The notes under the pieces are model-generated. The model did not search any database, was not told the origin of the DNA, and saw only the letters and a list, made by a program, of their open reading frames with translations. The translations under genes and the position numbers were made by a program. A DNA stretch of 62,442 nucleotides, the filler included. It is 6 parts of 6 records of this genome, joined end to end, with 100 filler letters (N's around TTAATTAATTAA, not from the genome) between each part and the next. Parts side by side here need not be neighbours in the genome. Positions count along the whole stretch, not along the records: positions 26,589 to 33,418 come from SRR31156797_5423; positions 33,519 to 43,310 come from SRR31156797_5425; 4 more parts are not named here. One strand, 5' to 3'. This document shows, piece by piece, positions 28,385 to 38,464 of this stretch. Every line of letters begins with the position of its first letter. Position 1 is the stretch's first letter.

Positions 28385-29884
28385 TTAATAACGGTTGTAG
28401 CGCTCGTTGTTGTAATTAGCGCTGTTACCGTCTTTACTGCGGTCATTACGGCGGTTATTGTTGTAACGAGACTGGCGGTTACCGTAATTGTCATCCTTAT
28501 AACGGTTACCGTAATTGTCATCAAAAGGAGCAGGACGGTTGAATTCTTCGCGGTTACCGAAGTTCTCGTCACGTTCCTTGTTGTAATTATCATTACGGTT
28601 ATTACGGCCCCGATAATTATCATTACGGTCATTACGACCACGGTAATTATCGTTACGCCCGGTGCGTTCAGTACGCCCGGTGCGTTCAGTACGCTCGGTA
28701 CGTTCAGTACGCTCGGTACGCTCGTTGCGGTCATTACGGCGACCACGGTAATTGTCATTACGCTCGTTGCGATCACGACGTCCCCTGCTGCGATCATTGC
28801 TGCGGGAATCATAACGGTCATTGCCACGACTGTAATTATCGTTGCGTCTTCCGGATCCTCCGCTACGGCTGCGGCGAGGCAGGATCAGAACCCTTTTCAT
28901 GGGGCCTTCACCCTTGCTACGGGTATTGACGTGCTTATCTTCCTGTAAAGCCATGTGCACGACTCTGCGATGATAAGAACTCAACGGTTTCGTGGACTGA
29001 ACACGTCCGGTGTGCATGGCCTTGTCAGCAAGATGCCAAGCCAGCTGGCGGAGCTTTTCGTCCTGACGCTCACGGTAGTCACCGGTATCAATCTGCACAC
29101 GCACAGAGGTCTGCAGTTTCTTGGAGACCATGCGGTTACAGAGATATTGCAGGGAAGACAAGGTCTGTCCCTCACGACCTATGATCAGGCCGGAATTTTC
29201 TTCATCGTCAACCAAAACGTTAACGCGGTCTTCACCCACTTCGATTTCAAGTTTGGGCTTATCCTGAATGATGGGTTCAATCATCATATCAAGTGCTTCA
29301 CGTACCGCGGCGGCGATATCTTCAGGATCACCTTCCATGATGCTACGCGGTTCGCGACGTTCTTCATGGCGTTCTTCGCGCTGTTCTTCACGACGTCCTT
29401 CGCGACCCTCTTCAGGGCTTTCAGCAACTGCTGGTGCAGGAGCCTCATCTCTGACAGCGACTTCGCTTTCAGGCTTAACTGCAACTTCACCTTCTTCCTT
29501 CACAGCCACATCAGCCTCAGGCTTAACTGCGGGAACTTCAGGCTCAGTACGCGGAGCAGGAACGATTTCTTCTTTGGCAACCGGAGCCTGTTCTTCTCTG
29601 CGACGGTCCGTTCTAGGTCTGGACTGTCTCTTTTCAGGCTGTTCTCTTCTCTGCTGACGGCCTCTTCCTCTTCTGGAATCATCGTTCAGCACAGAACGGT
29701 TATCCCCACCTCTGGGACGAGCTTTCACCTTTGCGTTTTTCTTTCCAACCAGGCCGAAAACCCCGGTGGAACCTCCACTGATGATCTCAATCTCAAGTTT
29801 GTCGCGATTCAGACTAAAATGATCACAGGCATTATTAATCGCCTCGTCCAAATTCTTCCCCTGGAATTCCATGAATTCGCTCAT
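28385..29884 (-). CDS. jag: Jag/KhpB (EloR) RNA-binding protein with long low-complexity regions
   Basis: Jag_N, KH (GLIIGREGQTL) and R3H (RRVVH) domains; located downstream of yidC. Confidence 0.92.
   Translation of the reverse strand: MSEFMEFQGKNLDEAINNACDHFSLNRDKLEIEIISGGSTGVFGLVGKKNAKVKARPRGGDNRSVLNDDSRRGRGRQQRREQPEKRQSRPRTDRRREEQAPVAKEEIVPAPRTEPEVPAVKPEADVAVKEEGEVAVKPESEVAVRDEAPAPAVAESPEEGREGRREEQREERHEERREPRSIMEGDPEDIAAAVREALDMMIEPIIQDKPKLEIEVGEDRVNVLVDDEENSGLIIGREGQTLSSLQYLCNRMVSKKLQTSVRVQIDTGDYRERQDEKLRQLAWHLADKAMHTGRVQSTKPLSSYHRRVVHMALQEDKHVNTRSKGEGPMKRVLILPRRSRSGGSGRRNDNYSRGNDRYDSRSNDRSRGRRDRNERNDNYRGRRNDRNERTERTERTERTERTGRTERTGRNDNYRGRNDRNDNYRGRNNRNDNYNKERDENFGNREEFNRPAPFDDNYGNRYKDDNYGNRQSRYNNNRRNDRSKDGNSANYNNERYNRY
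28660..28725 (-). repeat. 9-bp-period coding tandem repeat, (RTE/RTG)n
   Basis: Repeated GTACGCTCG / GTACGTTCA / GTGCGTTCA units inside jag. Confidence 0.8.
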
Positions 29885-29936
29885 TCTATCTCCTGATTGT
29901 TCTTCACTCCATTAAATCCGATCAGCTTGTTACGCG

Positions 29937-31556
29937 CTAATTTTTCACGTTGCGCATCATCATCCACTGCTGTGCAATTGAGAGTACGTTGTTCACCATC
30001 CAGTATACAACCAGCCCTGAAGGGAAGTTGAGGAACATGAATGTGAATACGAGAGGCAGAAACATCATGATTTTCTGCTGGGTCGGGTCGCCCGCTGAAG
30101 GCGTCATTTTCTGCTGCAGGAACATGGTAGCACCCATCACAATAGGAGTGATGTAAAGCGGGTCTTTTGCCGAAAGGTCGGCCAGCCAGACAATATCAGT
30201 AAAAGGCAGAAAATGGACAAAATCAGCATGCCTGAGGGCAACTGTTCCCATCAACGCCTTGTACAGTCCAAAGAAAACCGGAATCTGCAGCAGCATGGGC
30301 AAACAACCACCTGCAGGGTTGACATTGTATGTCTTGTAGAGCTGCATCATTTCTTTGTTAAGGGCTTCCCTGTCATCGCCGTGCTTCTCACGAAGCTTGG
30401 CCATCATGGGCTGCAGACGCTTCATCTGCTCCATGGATTTATAACTCTTATGAGACAGGGGCCAGAAAAGAATCTTGATCACGATGGTCAGCAGAATAAT
30501 CGCGATACCGTAGTTGTGTGTATACTGATGAAACCATTCAAGTGCCACAACAAGGGGTTTAGCGATAATGTCAAACCAACCAAAGTCGATGGCTTTTTCA
30601 AGGTTACCGGGGACCTTGGCCATCAGCTGAGCATCCATGGGACCGAAATAGTAAGAGCACCCAAGCTTGCGTTCAATGTCCTTGTCAAAAGAAACATTCT
30701 GCTCTGCGGCGATACGGAAAATATCATCCTGAAGTTTACCCTTCATGGTCACGGAATCTGCACCGGGAACAAGGGCGAGGATGAAATAGTTGGAATCAAT
30801 GGCAGCCCATTTGATCTGGCCGGATTCACTAACGCCTGTTTCACTGAGTTCGTCACGATCGTTTTCTTCGACCAGACCTTCAGCATTGTACCATGCAATC
30901 CTGGTGGGGTTGTAACGGTCATCCGCAGCAGTCAAGCTCTTGGTGGCAGTGGTGAACGCAATGCGTCCCATACCGCTGGGATTAGATTTGTTAATAATCC
31001 TTACGTCTTCGTCGATGAGGTAGTTGTCAGCATGAAAAGTGAGTCTGCGCTCAATTCTGAATCCTTCCACATCACCACGAAAAATAAGTGAACCAAGCTT
31101 GTCGCCGTCAAGGTTAAGGTTTGCACCTTCATAACCCCAGACACCGTTAGCCCAGGTAGGGATACCATTGAGGATCAGTCCCATGGGAGCTTTATCAAGA
31201 GCATTGGTACCGACCATATCCACATCAGGGGAGTCAGCATCGATGGTTGCCTTGAAATTTTTAAGCTTGAAACTTTCGAGAAGACCGCCCTGTGAATTAA
31301 TCACTGCGGAATAGAGGGGTGTTTCAACGGTGAGTTTTGTCCCCTTGGCGGAAACAATGGCGCTTGTGGAAGCGGGATCGGGCAGTTGGTTTGAAACAGG
31401 ACCGGCGACACTGGAATCAACGGCCTGATTTGGTTGAGCGGTTTGCTCCTGCTGGGCAGGCGCGGGCTGCTGCGGCTGGGGCGGAAAAAGGAACTGCCAG
31501 CCGAGAAGAACTGCAAACGAAAGGGCTACAGCCAAAATAACGCGTTTATTATCCAT
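29937..31556 (-). CDS. yidC: membrane protein insertase YidC
   Basis: IDFGWF, NYGIAIILLT, GGCLPMLLQIPVF, FPSGLVVYW. Confidence 0.97.
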   Translation of the reverse strand: MDNKRVILAVALSFAVLLGWQFLFPPQPQQPAPAQQEQTAQPNQAVDSSVAGPVSNQLPDPASTSAIVSAKGTKLTVETPLYSAVINSQGGLLESFKLKNFKATIDADSPDVDMVGTNALDKAPMGLILNGIPTWANGVWGYEGANLNLDGDKLGSLIFRGDVEGFRIERRLTFHADNYLIDEDVRIINKSNPSGMGRIAFTTATKSLTAADDRYNPTRIAWYNAEGLVEENDRDELSETGVSESGQIKWAAIDSNYFILALVPGADSVTMKGKLQDDIFRIAAEQNVSFDKDIERKLGCSYYFGPMDAQLMAKVPGNLEKAIDFGWFDIIAKPLVVALEWFHQYTHNYGIAIILLTIVIKILFWPLSHKSYKSMEQMKRLQPMMAKLREKHGDDREALNKEMMQLYKTYNVNPAGGCLPMLLQIPVFFGLYKALMGTVALRHADFVHFLPFTDIVWLADLSAKDPLYITPIVMGATMFLQQKMTPSAGDPTQQKIMMFLPLVFTFMFLNFPSGLVVYWMVNNVLSIAQQWMMMRNVKN

Positions 31557-31585
31557 GTCTTTTTTTACTCACTAAAATTTGTCCC

Positions 31586-31849
31586 TCAAATCAAACCGGG
31601 ACTACGCGGTGAAACTTTTTTATGGGCGGGGACGGGATCGTATCCGCCCTTGCATAGCGGATTACAACGCAACAGACGCCACAAAGCATACATCCCCCCT
31701 CTGAGCACTCCATGAAGGGATATAGCCTCTATGGCGTATTGCGAGCAGGTTGGATGAAAGCGGCAACACCCCGGAAATAACGGGGATATAAACTTCTGAT
31801 AAAAGCGTATCGGGTAAAGAAACAGAGTCCGCATTCCCTGATTTCTCAT
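31586..31849 (-). CDS. yidD: membrane protein insertion efficiency factor YidD
   Basis: YQKFISP...[10 protein letters not shown]...RCNP..GGYDPVP. Confidence 0.95.
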   Translation of the reverse strand: MRNQGMRTLFLYPIRFYQKFISPLFPGCCRFHPTCSQYAIEAISLHGVLRGGMYALWRLLRCNPLCKGGYDPVPAHKKVSPRSPGLI

Positions 31850-32223
31850 TACTCTCCGCCATTGGAAAGCTTATTTATCTTTCCGATCATGGGGAGAAGT
31901 TCTTTTTCGGCAAGAGCATAGGTTATGCATCTGCCGTCCAGCGCACGCTTGGGCACAATAATTATGTCCGCACGCACCTGAAAATTTTCCTGATTAAGCC
32001 TGAAAAAACTTCGTAAAACTCTTTTAATCCGGTTCCTGACTACCGCCGGTCCCTTCTTTCTGCTCACGGTAAGGCCCAAACGGACCCCGCTGGGGCCGCT
32101 ACCATGACACAGCACAAAGAGAATGAAACTCTTCGTGTAGAGCTTTTTTCCCTGCTCATAGCAGAGATCGAATTCAGGCTTCCTAAGGAGCTTGTGCTCC
32201 TTTTTCCAACTTAAACGGCTAAT
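31849..32223 (-). CDS. rnpA: RNase P protein component (probable ATT start)
   Basis: [24 protein letters not shown] motif. The N-terminal LLRKPEF helix extends in frame to ATT at 32223. Confidence 0.9.
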   Translation of the reverse strand: MSRLSWKKEHKLLRKPEFDLCYEQGKKLYTKSFILFVLCHGSGPSGVRLGLTVSRKKGPAVVRNRIKRVLRSFFRLNQENFQVRADIIIVPKRALDGRCITYALAEKELLPMIGKINKLSNGGE

Positions 32224-32345
32224 CTTTTACGACCCTTTGCACGACGTCTTGCAATAACAGCACGACCGTTTTTGGTGCGGGAACGAACGAGAAAACCGTG
32301 AGTTCTTTTTCTTCTACATTTACTAGGCTGGTAAGTTCTTTTCAT
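32211..32345 (-). CDS. rpmH: 50S ribosomal protein L34
   Basis: [17 protein letters not shown]. Confidence 0.98.
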   Translation of the reverse strand: MKRTYQPSKCRRKRTHGFLVRSRTKNGRAVIARRRAKGRKRLAV

Positions 32346-32718
32346 TGTTCTATTTCTCCAAAAATTAATAACGTTAGTAGAGCCGGAGAACAAATTCCGG
32401 CTACGAGGAACGGGAACATATATCCCCTACTTCAGATATCGTCAAGAAATGTTTTCAATGTGGCCGTGCAGCTAAGTGCTTTTAATCTCACTCTGAATAA
32501 TCTATGCTGCTGCAAAACGAAAACAAGTCCGCATAACCCGATGCGGGCATACTGTCAAAGTGAATTCATACATAATGCTGACGTGAAGTTCTCTTAACTT
32601 GTTTAAAAACTTTTATCACGTGCGCATTTTTTTTTCACCGCTTTTTTCAGATAAATTTTAAGCGGCAACTTTTTAAAAGCCCCAGATTATCGGGCTTAAT
32701 CATTCTAAGGAGACACCT

Positions 32719-33369
32719 ATGAAACCAGTACATACTTTCTGGGATATCAAACTTGGTGAAATAAAAGAAGTTTTCGAAGACAACGGTTACGAGACATACG
32801 TAGTAAAAAGCCAGAAAGCCGCAGCCTCTCTGGTTCTGGACAAGATCATTCCCAAGATGAAGCCCAAGTCCATCAGCTTCGGAGGTTCCATGACTGTTGT
32901 TGATTCCGGCCTCTACGAAAAAATAAAAAAAATTCAGAAAGTGAAGGTAATTGATACCTACGACGTTAATCCGCCCATGGCTGAAAAAATTGAACGCCGC
33001 CGTCAGGCTCTTTTGACAGATTTGTTCATCACCAGCGCCAATGCTTTCACCGAAGAAGGTGAGTTGGTCAATCTCGACGGCACAGGCAACCGCGTAGCAG
33101 CCATGGCCTTCGGTCCCCGCAATGTAGTTGTTCTCGTCGGCCGCAACAAGCTCTGTCCCGATCTCGATGCTGCAGTCAGCCGCATCAAAGAATACGCTGC
33201 GCCGGTCAATGCCATGCGCCTCAAACGCAAGACTCCCTGCGCGGTTACCGGTAAATGTCAAGACTGTAACTCCAAAGACCGCATCTGTAATGTCTGGGGA
33301 ATCACTGAAAAGTCATCACCCAAAGGCCGCATTCATGTAGTATTCATCAACGAAGATTTAGGCTTCTAA
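32719..33369 (+). CDS. LUD/LutC (YkgG-like) domain protein with Cys-rich C-terminus
   Basis: SANAFTEEGELVNLDGTGNRVAA..FGP; PCAVTGKCQDC...RIC. Confidence 0.8.
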   Translation: MKPVHTFWDIKLGEIKEVFEDNGYETYVVKSQKAAASLVLDKIIPKMKPKSISFGGSMTVVDSGLYEKIKKIQKVKVIDTYDVNPPMAEKIERRRQALLTDLFITSANAFTEEGELVNLDGTGNRVAAMAFGPRNVVVLVGRNKLCPDLDAAVSRIKEYAAPVNAMRLKRKTPCAVTGKCQDCNSKDRICNVWGITEKSSPKGRIHVVFINEDLGF

Positions 33370-33374
33370 TTTTT

Positions 33375-33418
33375 GATGCCTTCGGCGACCATAGAGGGAA
33401 ACCCTTTTTGCAAAAAGG
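33375..33418. repeat. intergenic REP-like repeat at contig end
   Basis: GATGCCTTCGGCGAC plus a CCTTTTTG-CAAAAAGG palindrome; related to the left-end repeat of this contig. Confidence 0.55.
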
Positions 33419-33518
33419 NNNNNNNNNNNNNNNNNNNNNNNNNNNNNNNNNNNNNNNNNNNNTTAATTAATTAANNNNNNNNNNNNNNNNNNNNNNNNNN
33501 NNNNNNNNNNNNNNNNNN
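33419..33518. other. artificial contig spacer
   Basis: N-TTAATTAATTAA-N. Confidence 0.98.
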
Positions 33519-33712
33519 TCCGCTCTCAAACTCTAACCTTATTCGTTAAAGAGGAACTGGCCGTAAGGATCAGGGCGGGAGAAAGGATATCTGGTTTTGA
33601 GAGCAGGGATATCGAAAAAGAAAGGGGGAAAGGGTTTTGATCCCATGGTCGTGGACGCTTTTCTGGCGTGCGAGGATAAATTCATAGAAATCTGCGAGCC
33701 TTTCCCCAAGAA

Positions 33713-34528
33713 TTAAAAGGGCTTCATCCCCTTGCAGAGGATCATCGGTGTATAGGTAAACCGCCTTGGATCATTGAAGAATTTGAAAAAGTCTGCGAAG
33801 AATTTTTTGTGCCCTCCAGGATAATCTTCAAAAACCATGGAGGCCTTTGTGGCGGCCATTTCCAGTTTTTTTGTCCAGTTGAACAAATCCGTCTCATTTG
33901 TCTTCCCGTAAATCAGATGATGTGCTCTCAGATCCATTTGGATGTTTTCATAGCCCAGATCATACAGGTAGGAATAGAGCTTTCTTCCGATGTAAGGGTC
34001 AAAGTTATACTCCCTTTGCATCACGCCGATGATCTGAAACAGGATCCTTTCCATTTCCGGGGGTAACTCATAATGGTTGAGACAGTTATGGTCCAGGTCC
34101 AGGAGACAGAAATATCCGCCCGGCTTCAGGCAATTCGTGATATTCTTGATGATATTTGAGCTTTCTTTTGCATGGTATTCGAGGACAAAACGAATCCAGA
34201 TAAAATCAAAATTGGTTAGCCCCTCACGCATCGGTTTTGTGAAGTCGCAAATTTCAAAATCAATTCCCGGCTTATGGCCGTATAGCTCTTTTGCCTTGTG
34301 GATCCTACTCCCAGAAAAATCTACTCCCACCACCTGCCCGTTTGGTTTGACCATCTCGTGGAGAATTGAGGTGGTTTTCCCGGGCCCGCATCCCACGTCC
34401 AATATTCGAAAGCCGGGTCTTATGCCGCACCAGCGGGCCTGTTCACGTACAGCTTCCGGATTAGTCTTAATATCCAACCGAAAGGCTTCTTCATCGTTTT
34501 CCATAAGATAAGAATCGGGGTGTCGCAT
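33713..34528 (-). CDS. class I SAM-dependent methyltransferase
   Basis: ILDVGCGPG, VGVD, FDF, LKPGG; start codon uncertain. Confidence 0.85.
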   Translation of the reverse strand: MRHPDSYLMENDEEAFRLDIKTNPEAVREQARWCGIRPGFRILDVGCGPGKTTSILHEMVKPNGQVVGVDFSGSRIHKAKELYGHKPGIDFEICDFTKPMREGLTNFDFIWIRFVLEYHAKESSNIIKNITNCLKPGGYFCLLDLDHNCLNHYELPPEMERILFQIIGVMQREYNFDPYIGRKLYSYLYDLGYENIQMDLRAHHLIYGKTNETDLFNWTKKLEMAATKASMVFEDYPGGHKKFFADFFKFFNDPRRFTYTPMILCKGMKPF

Positions 34529-34615
34529 GGCTGTCTCAATCAAAAATGGAAAAAAGTTGTGGATTATAAGGCGCCAAAAGAAAAACCTTACATTTGGATG
34601 ATACCATAAAATATA

Positions 34616-34999
34616 TCATACGTGAGCGATTGCCTCAATTTCAACCCGCGTCTCAAATGGCAGGCAAGCTGCCTGAATGCACGTCCTGGCCGGGAGATCC
34701 TCTCCGAAATATTTCCTGTAGATCACGTTGAACCGGGCAAACTCTTCCATGTCCAGCAAGTAAACCGTCACCTTTAAAACATTCTTCAGGGAAGATCCCG
34801 CTTCCTCGAGGATGATTTTCAGGTTCAACAGCGCCAGTTCCGCTTCTTCCTCCACGGTTCCCAGTCGTATCTCATTGGTCTCCGGGTCGATGGCGCCCTG
34901 TCCCGCCGTATAGATGAGCCCGTCATGAATAATGGCCTGGGCGTAGGGCCCCCCTGTTACCGCTGCCTTTTCCGTATGAAAAACTCTCTTTTCTCCCAT
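34616..34999 (-). CDS. RidA/YjgF-family imine deaminase
   Basis: GPYAQA, AGQ, LKVTVYL, PARTC (conserved Arg), VEIEAIA. Confidence 0.9.
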   Translation of the reverse strand: MGEKRVFHTEKAAVTGGPYAQAIIHDGLIYTAGQGAIDPETNEIRLGTVEEEAELALLNLKIILEEAGSSLKNVLKVTVYLLDMEEFARFNVIYRKYFGEDLPARTCIQAACLPFETRVEIEAIAHV

Positions 35000-35028
35000 T
35001 TTCCTTTTCCTTCCGTGTTATGGTCGTT

Positions 35029-35144
35029 GTAGGGGCAGGCCCCCGTGCCTGCCCCGGTGCTCAGGCCCCTGTGCCTGCCCCGGTGCTCGGTGCCTGTTTC
35101 CGATAATGCGCAACCACAGGGCAACCACAGGGGGTTGCCCCTAC
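35029..35144. repeat. GTAG-type REP pair with internal duplications
   Basis: GTAGGGGCAGGCCCCCGTGCCTGCCC ... GGGCAACCACAGGGGGTTGCCCCTAC, with duplicated GTGCCTGCCCCGGTGCTC and GCAACCACAGGG. Confidence 0.8.
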
Positions 35145-35165
35145 GTGACTCCGTATCCGAAAAAT

Positions 35166-35870
35166 CTACAGCCCCAAATAGGTTTTTCGGATATGGGGAT
35201 TCTCCATGAGCCGTTGCCCATCGCCGCTCAGGGCGATCCGCCCGTTTTCCAGGACATATCCTCTGTCAGAGATGGTCAGGGCGTGAAATACGTTCTGTTC
35301 AATGAGAAGGATCGCGGTATTCAGCTCATTGATCTGACGGATAATTTCGAAGATGGTGGTGACCAGCAGGGGCGCAAGCCCCAGGGAAGGCTCATCAAAC
35401 ATCATAAGCCTGGGTTTGGACATCAACCCCCTTCCGATGGCGACCATCTGCTGCTCGCCGCCGCTCAGGGTCTCCGCCTTCTGGTTGAGCCTTTCTTTCA
35501 AACGGGGAAAAAACCCGAATACTTCCGCCATGGTTTCCCTTCGAACCTTCTTCATATGGGGAAACTGTGCCCCCATTTCGAGGTTCTCTTCCACGGTCAT
35601 GGTGGGAAAAAGCTGTCTTCCTTCAGGGATATGGCTGATTCCCATTTCAACGATCCGGGTGGTGGAGGCCCTGCGGATATCCTCATCGTCAAAAACAATG
35701 GTTCCTTTCCGGGGACGGAGAATGCCCGAGACGGTTTTGAGGGTGGTCGATTTTCCGGCCCCGTTGGAACCGATAACGGAGACGATCTCCCCTTGGCCCG
35801 CTTCAAAACCGACGCCTCTTAAGGCCTGAAGATCCCCGTAAAAGACGTCTATGCCGTCAACCCTGAGCAT
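35166..35870 (-). CDS. Liv-type ABC transporter ATPase (LivF-like)
   Basis: GSNGAGKST, LSGGEQQM, DEPSLGLAP. Confidence 0.92.
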   Translation of the reverse strand: MLRVDGIDVFYGDLQALRGVGFEAGQGEIVSVIGSNGAGKSTTLKTVSGILRPRKGTIVFDDEDIRRASTTRIVEMGISHIPEGRQLFPTMTVEENLEMGAQFPHMKKVRRETMAEVFGFFPRLKERLNQKAETLSGGEQQMVAIGRGLMSKPRLMMFDEPSLGLAPLLVTTIFEIIRQINELNTAILLIEQNVFHALTISDRGYVLENGRIALSGDGQRLMENPHIRKTYLGL

Positions 35871-36588
35871 TGAGAAACTCCTTGCCGAGATAGGCTTCGA
35901 TCACTTTCTCATCCTTTACCACTTCCGCGGGCGTCCCCTCGGCGATCCTGCTGCCGTAATTGATGACCAGCACCCGCTCCGAAAGGGCCATGATCCCCTG
36001 CATGACATGTTCAATGAGCAGGATGGATACGCCTTTTTTGTTGACCTCCCTGATCAGCTCAATAATCTCGGATACTTCCGTGGGGTTCAGCCCCGCCATC
36101 ACCTCGTCGAGCAGGAGAAGTTTGGGCCGGGTCGCCAGGGCCCGGGCCATCTCCAGCCTTTTCCTGAGGGGAAGGGGCAGCCCCTCGGCCTCCTGGTTCG
36201 CCATGGGACCCAAGCCCGCCCATTGGATAATCTCCATGGATGCTTCACGGGCCTTTTTAATGGACGTTTCCCGTATCAGCGCCCCCACCATCACATTATC
36301 CAGCACCGAAATGGTCAAGAACGGTTTGACAATCTGGAAAGTTCGGGCCAGACCCGCCTGGCACACCCGATGGGGCTGCATGCCGGCTAGGGATTTTCCG
36401 GAAAAAATCATCTCCCCCCCGTCGGGAGTATGAAAGCCGCTCAGGCAGTTGAAGACAGTGGTTTTGCCGGCGCCGTTGGGGCCTATCAGTCCCAGGATTT
36501 CGCCTTCCCCCAATTCAAAAGAGAGTTCCGAAATGGCCGTGAGGCCCCCGAACCGTTTATTCAGCTTTGTTACCCTCAGAATGCTCAC
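35857..36588 (-). CDS. Liv-type ABC transporter ATPase (LivG-like)
   Basis: [27 protein letters not shown]. Confidence 0.92.
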   Translation of the reverse strand: MSILRVTKLNKRFGGLTAISELSFELGEGEILGLIGPNGAGKTTVFNCLSGFHTPDGGEMIFSGKSLAGMQPHRVCQAGLARTFQIVKPFLTISVLDNVMVGALIRETSIKKAREASMEIIQWAGLGPMANQEAEGLPLPLRKRLEMARALATRPKLLLLDEVMAGLNPTEVSEIIELIREVNKKGVSILLIEHVMQGIMALSERVLVINYGSRIAEGTPAEVVKDEKVIEAYLGKEFLNAQG

Positions 36589-37598
36589 GATTCCGCTTCA
36601 GCCTCTTTTCTTTTTTCCATGACACCATGATCTTCCTCATGGAGCTTCAGCATCGGATTTAGCCATTTTTTTGCATAATAGATGATCCCCTTGGGCATAA
36701 AAAGCACCACCAGAACGGCAATAATCCCGTATAGAATCAAATGAAGCCCTTCAAACCCTCCCTTTGCAAAATAGGCTCTGGAGATCTCGGAGAGGGGTGT
36801 GAGGATAAATGACCCCAGGACGGGTCCCAGAATGGTTCCCAACCCCCCGATGATGGGGCGCAGGATCAGTTCTATGCTGAAGGCCATGCCGAACAGGGTA
36901 TCGGGATGAAGATAAAAAATATAGTTGGCATAAAAGGTGCCGGCCAAAGAGGTCATGAAAGCGCTTAAGGCGATGGCGATCATGTTGTACTTGAATGCGT
37001 TGACGCCCAGGGCCTGGGCCGCCTCTTCATCTTCCCTGATGGCCACCATGAAGCGGCCGGCCCTTGAAAGTTCCAGGATACGCACCACGATGATGGAAAA
37101 CACCATGAAGCCCAGGGCAATGTAGTAGTAGGGAACATTTCCCCTGAACTGAAAATTCCAGAAAGAAGGGTTGAAATCCAGAAAGATCCCGGAAAAGGAA
37201 CCGAGCGCTTCCACATGGCTTACGATCAGGCGGGTGATTTCCGCAAAGGCGATGGTCAGGATCACAAAATAAACGCCCCTGAGCCCGAAGCGAAATCCCA
37301 GGTATCCCAGGAAAAGGGCGATGATTACCGCGAAAACGCCTCCCACCAGCATGCCGATCCAGGGACTGAGTCCGTGGTTTTGGGCAAGGTACGTGGAGGT
37401 GTATGCCCCCACCCCCACATAGAGGGCGTGTCCCAGGGAAATATGCCCCGTATACCCGGTGAGGATATTCCAAGATTGCCCCAGGTAGGCATAGAAAAAA
37501 ATCATGATAAAAATACCCAGGACATACTTCTCAAGAAAAAGCGGGACCAGAAGAAGGATGGAGAGCACCATGGCCAATAAAATATAGAGCCTGGTCAT
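36585..37598 (-). CDS. Liv-type ABC permease (LivM-like)
   Basis: [30 protein letters not shown]. Confidence 0.92.
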   Translation of the reverse strand: MTRLYILLAMVLSILLLVPLFLEKYVLGIFIMIFFYAYLGQSWNILTGYTGHISLGHALYVGVGAYTSTYLAQNHGLSPWIGMLVGGVFAVIIALFLGYLGFRFGLRGVYFVILTIAFAEITRLIVSHVEALGSFSGIFLDFNPSFWNFQFRGNVPYYYIALGFMVFSIIVVRILELSRAGRFMVAIREDEEAAQALGVNAFKYNMIAIALSAFMTSLAGTFYANYIFYLHPDTLFGMAFSIELILRPIIGGLGTILGPVLGSFILTPLSEISRAYFAKGGFEGLHLILYGIIAVLVVLFMPKGIIYYAKKWLNPMLKLHEEDHGVMEKRKEAEAES

Positions 37599-38464
37599 TT
37601 CTTTCCCCCTAAAAGCCCCTGGGGACGAAACAGCATGATGACCACCAGTATTCCGAAGCTCACCACCTGTTTGAGGGTGGCGGGCAAAAAGAGGGTGGAC
37701 ATGGATTCGGCAACCCCCAGAATGAGCCCCCCCGCAAGGGCGCCCACCAGATTCCCCATACCTCCCAGGATCACCACAATAAAGGCGGTCAGTGTGAAAT
37801 CGTGCCCCAGGCTGGGAGAAAGGGGCATGAGCGGCAGGAGCAGGGCCCCCGCGGCCCCGGTTGTGGCGGCGCCCAACCCGAAGGAAAAGTTATTGATGCG
37901 GCTCACATTGATACCCACCAGGGTTGCGGCCATGCGGTTGTCGGCTGCCGCCCGGATGCGTTTGCCCATATTGCTCTTTTTGAGGAAGATGAAGATGGCA
38001 AAGGTGATGATAATGGCAAAGGAAAATGCAATCAGGCGTGACACGTCGATCATGGCGCCCCCCAGCCAGATGGTGTTCAGGCTGAAAGCCGTGTGCGGGC
38101 TCCGGTGATCCGGGCCCCACAGCAAGAGTGCCGTGTTTTCCAAGATAATCCCGATGGCCACCAGGGGAAGCACCTGCATGGCCTCGGGGTAGTCGAGGAT
38201 CCGGTTGACCACGGAAGACTGGATGACGTATCCCAGGACAAAGATACCGGCGGAAACCATGACCAGCGAAAGGTAGGGCTCAACGCCAAGGAGGATAAAT
38301 ATCCAGTAGGAAATGTACATGCCGATGACCATCATCTGGCCATGGGCGAAATTAATAACCCCCATTACCCCGAAAATAAGGGAGAGCCCCAGGGCGATGA
38401 GCCCGTAGAGCCCTCCCAGCAGAATCCCCTGGATCAGAAGCTGCAGGGCAAGGGTGGAATCCAT
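37595..38464 (-). CDS. Liv-type ABC permease (LivH-like)
   Basis: ALGLSLIFGVMGVINFAHG, VILGGMGN, RPQGLLG. Confidence 0.92.
   Translation of the reverse strand: MDSTLALQLLIQGILLGGLYGLIALGLSLIFGVMGVINFAHGQMMVIGMYISYWIFILLGVEPYLSLVMVSAGIFVLGYVIQSSVVNRILDYPEAMQVLPLVAIGIILENTALLLWGPDHRSPHTAFSLNTIWLGGAMIDVSRLIAFSFAIIITFAIFIFLKKSNMGKRIRAAADNRMAATLVGINVSRINNFSFGLGAATTGAAGALLLPLMPLSPSLGHDFTLTAFIVVILGGMGNLVGALAGGLILGVAESMSTLFLPATLKQVVSFGILVVIMLFRPQGLLGGKK

Noticed and set aside
28600-28800. Tandem repeats as CRISPR or a non-coding VNTR
   Set aside because: They are in-frame coding repeats of the Jag tail.
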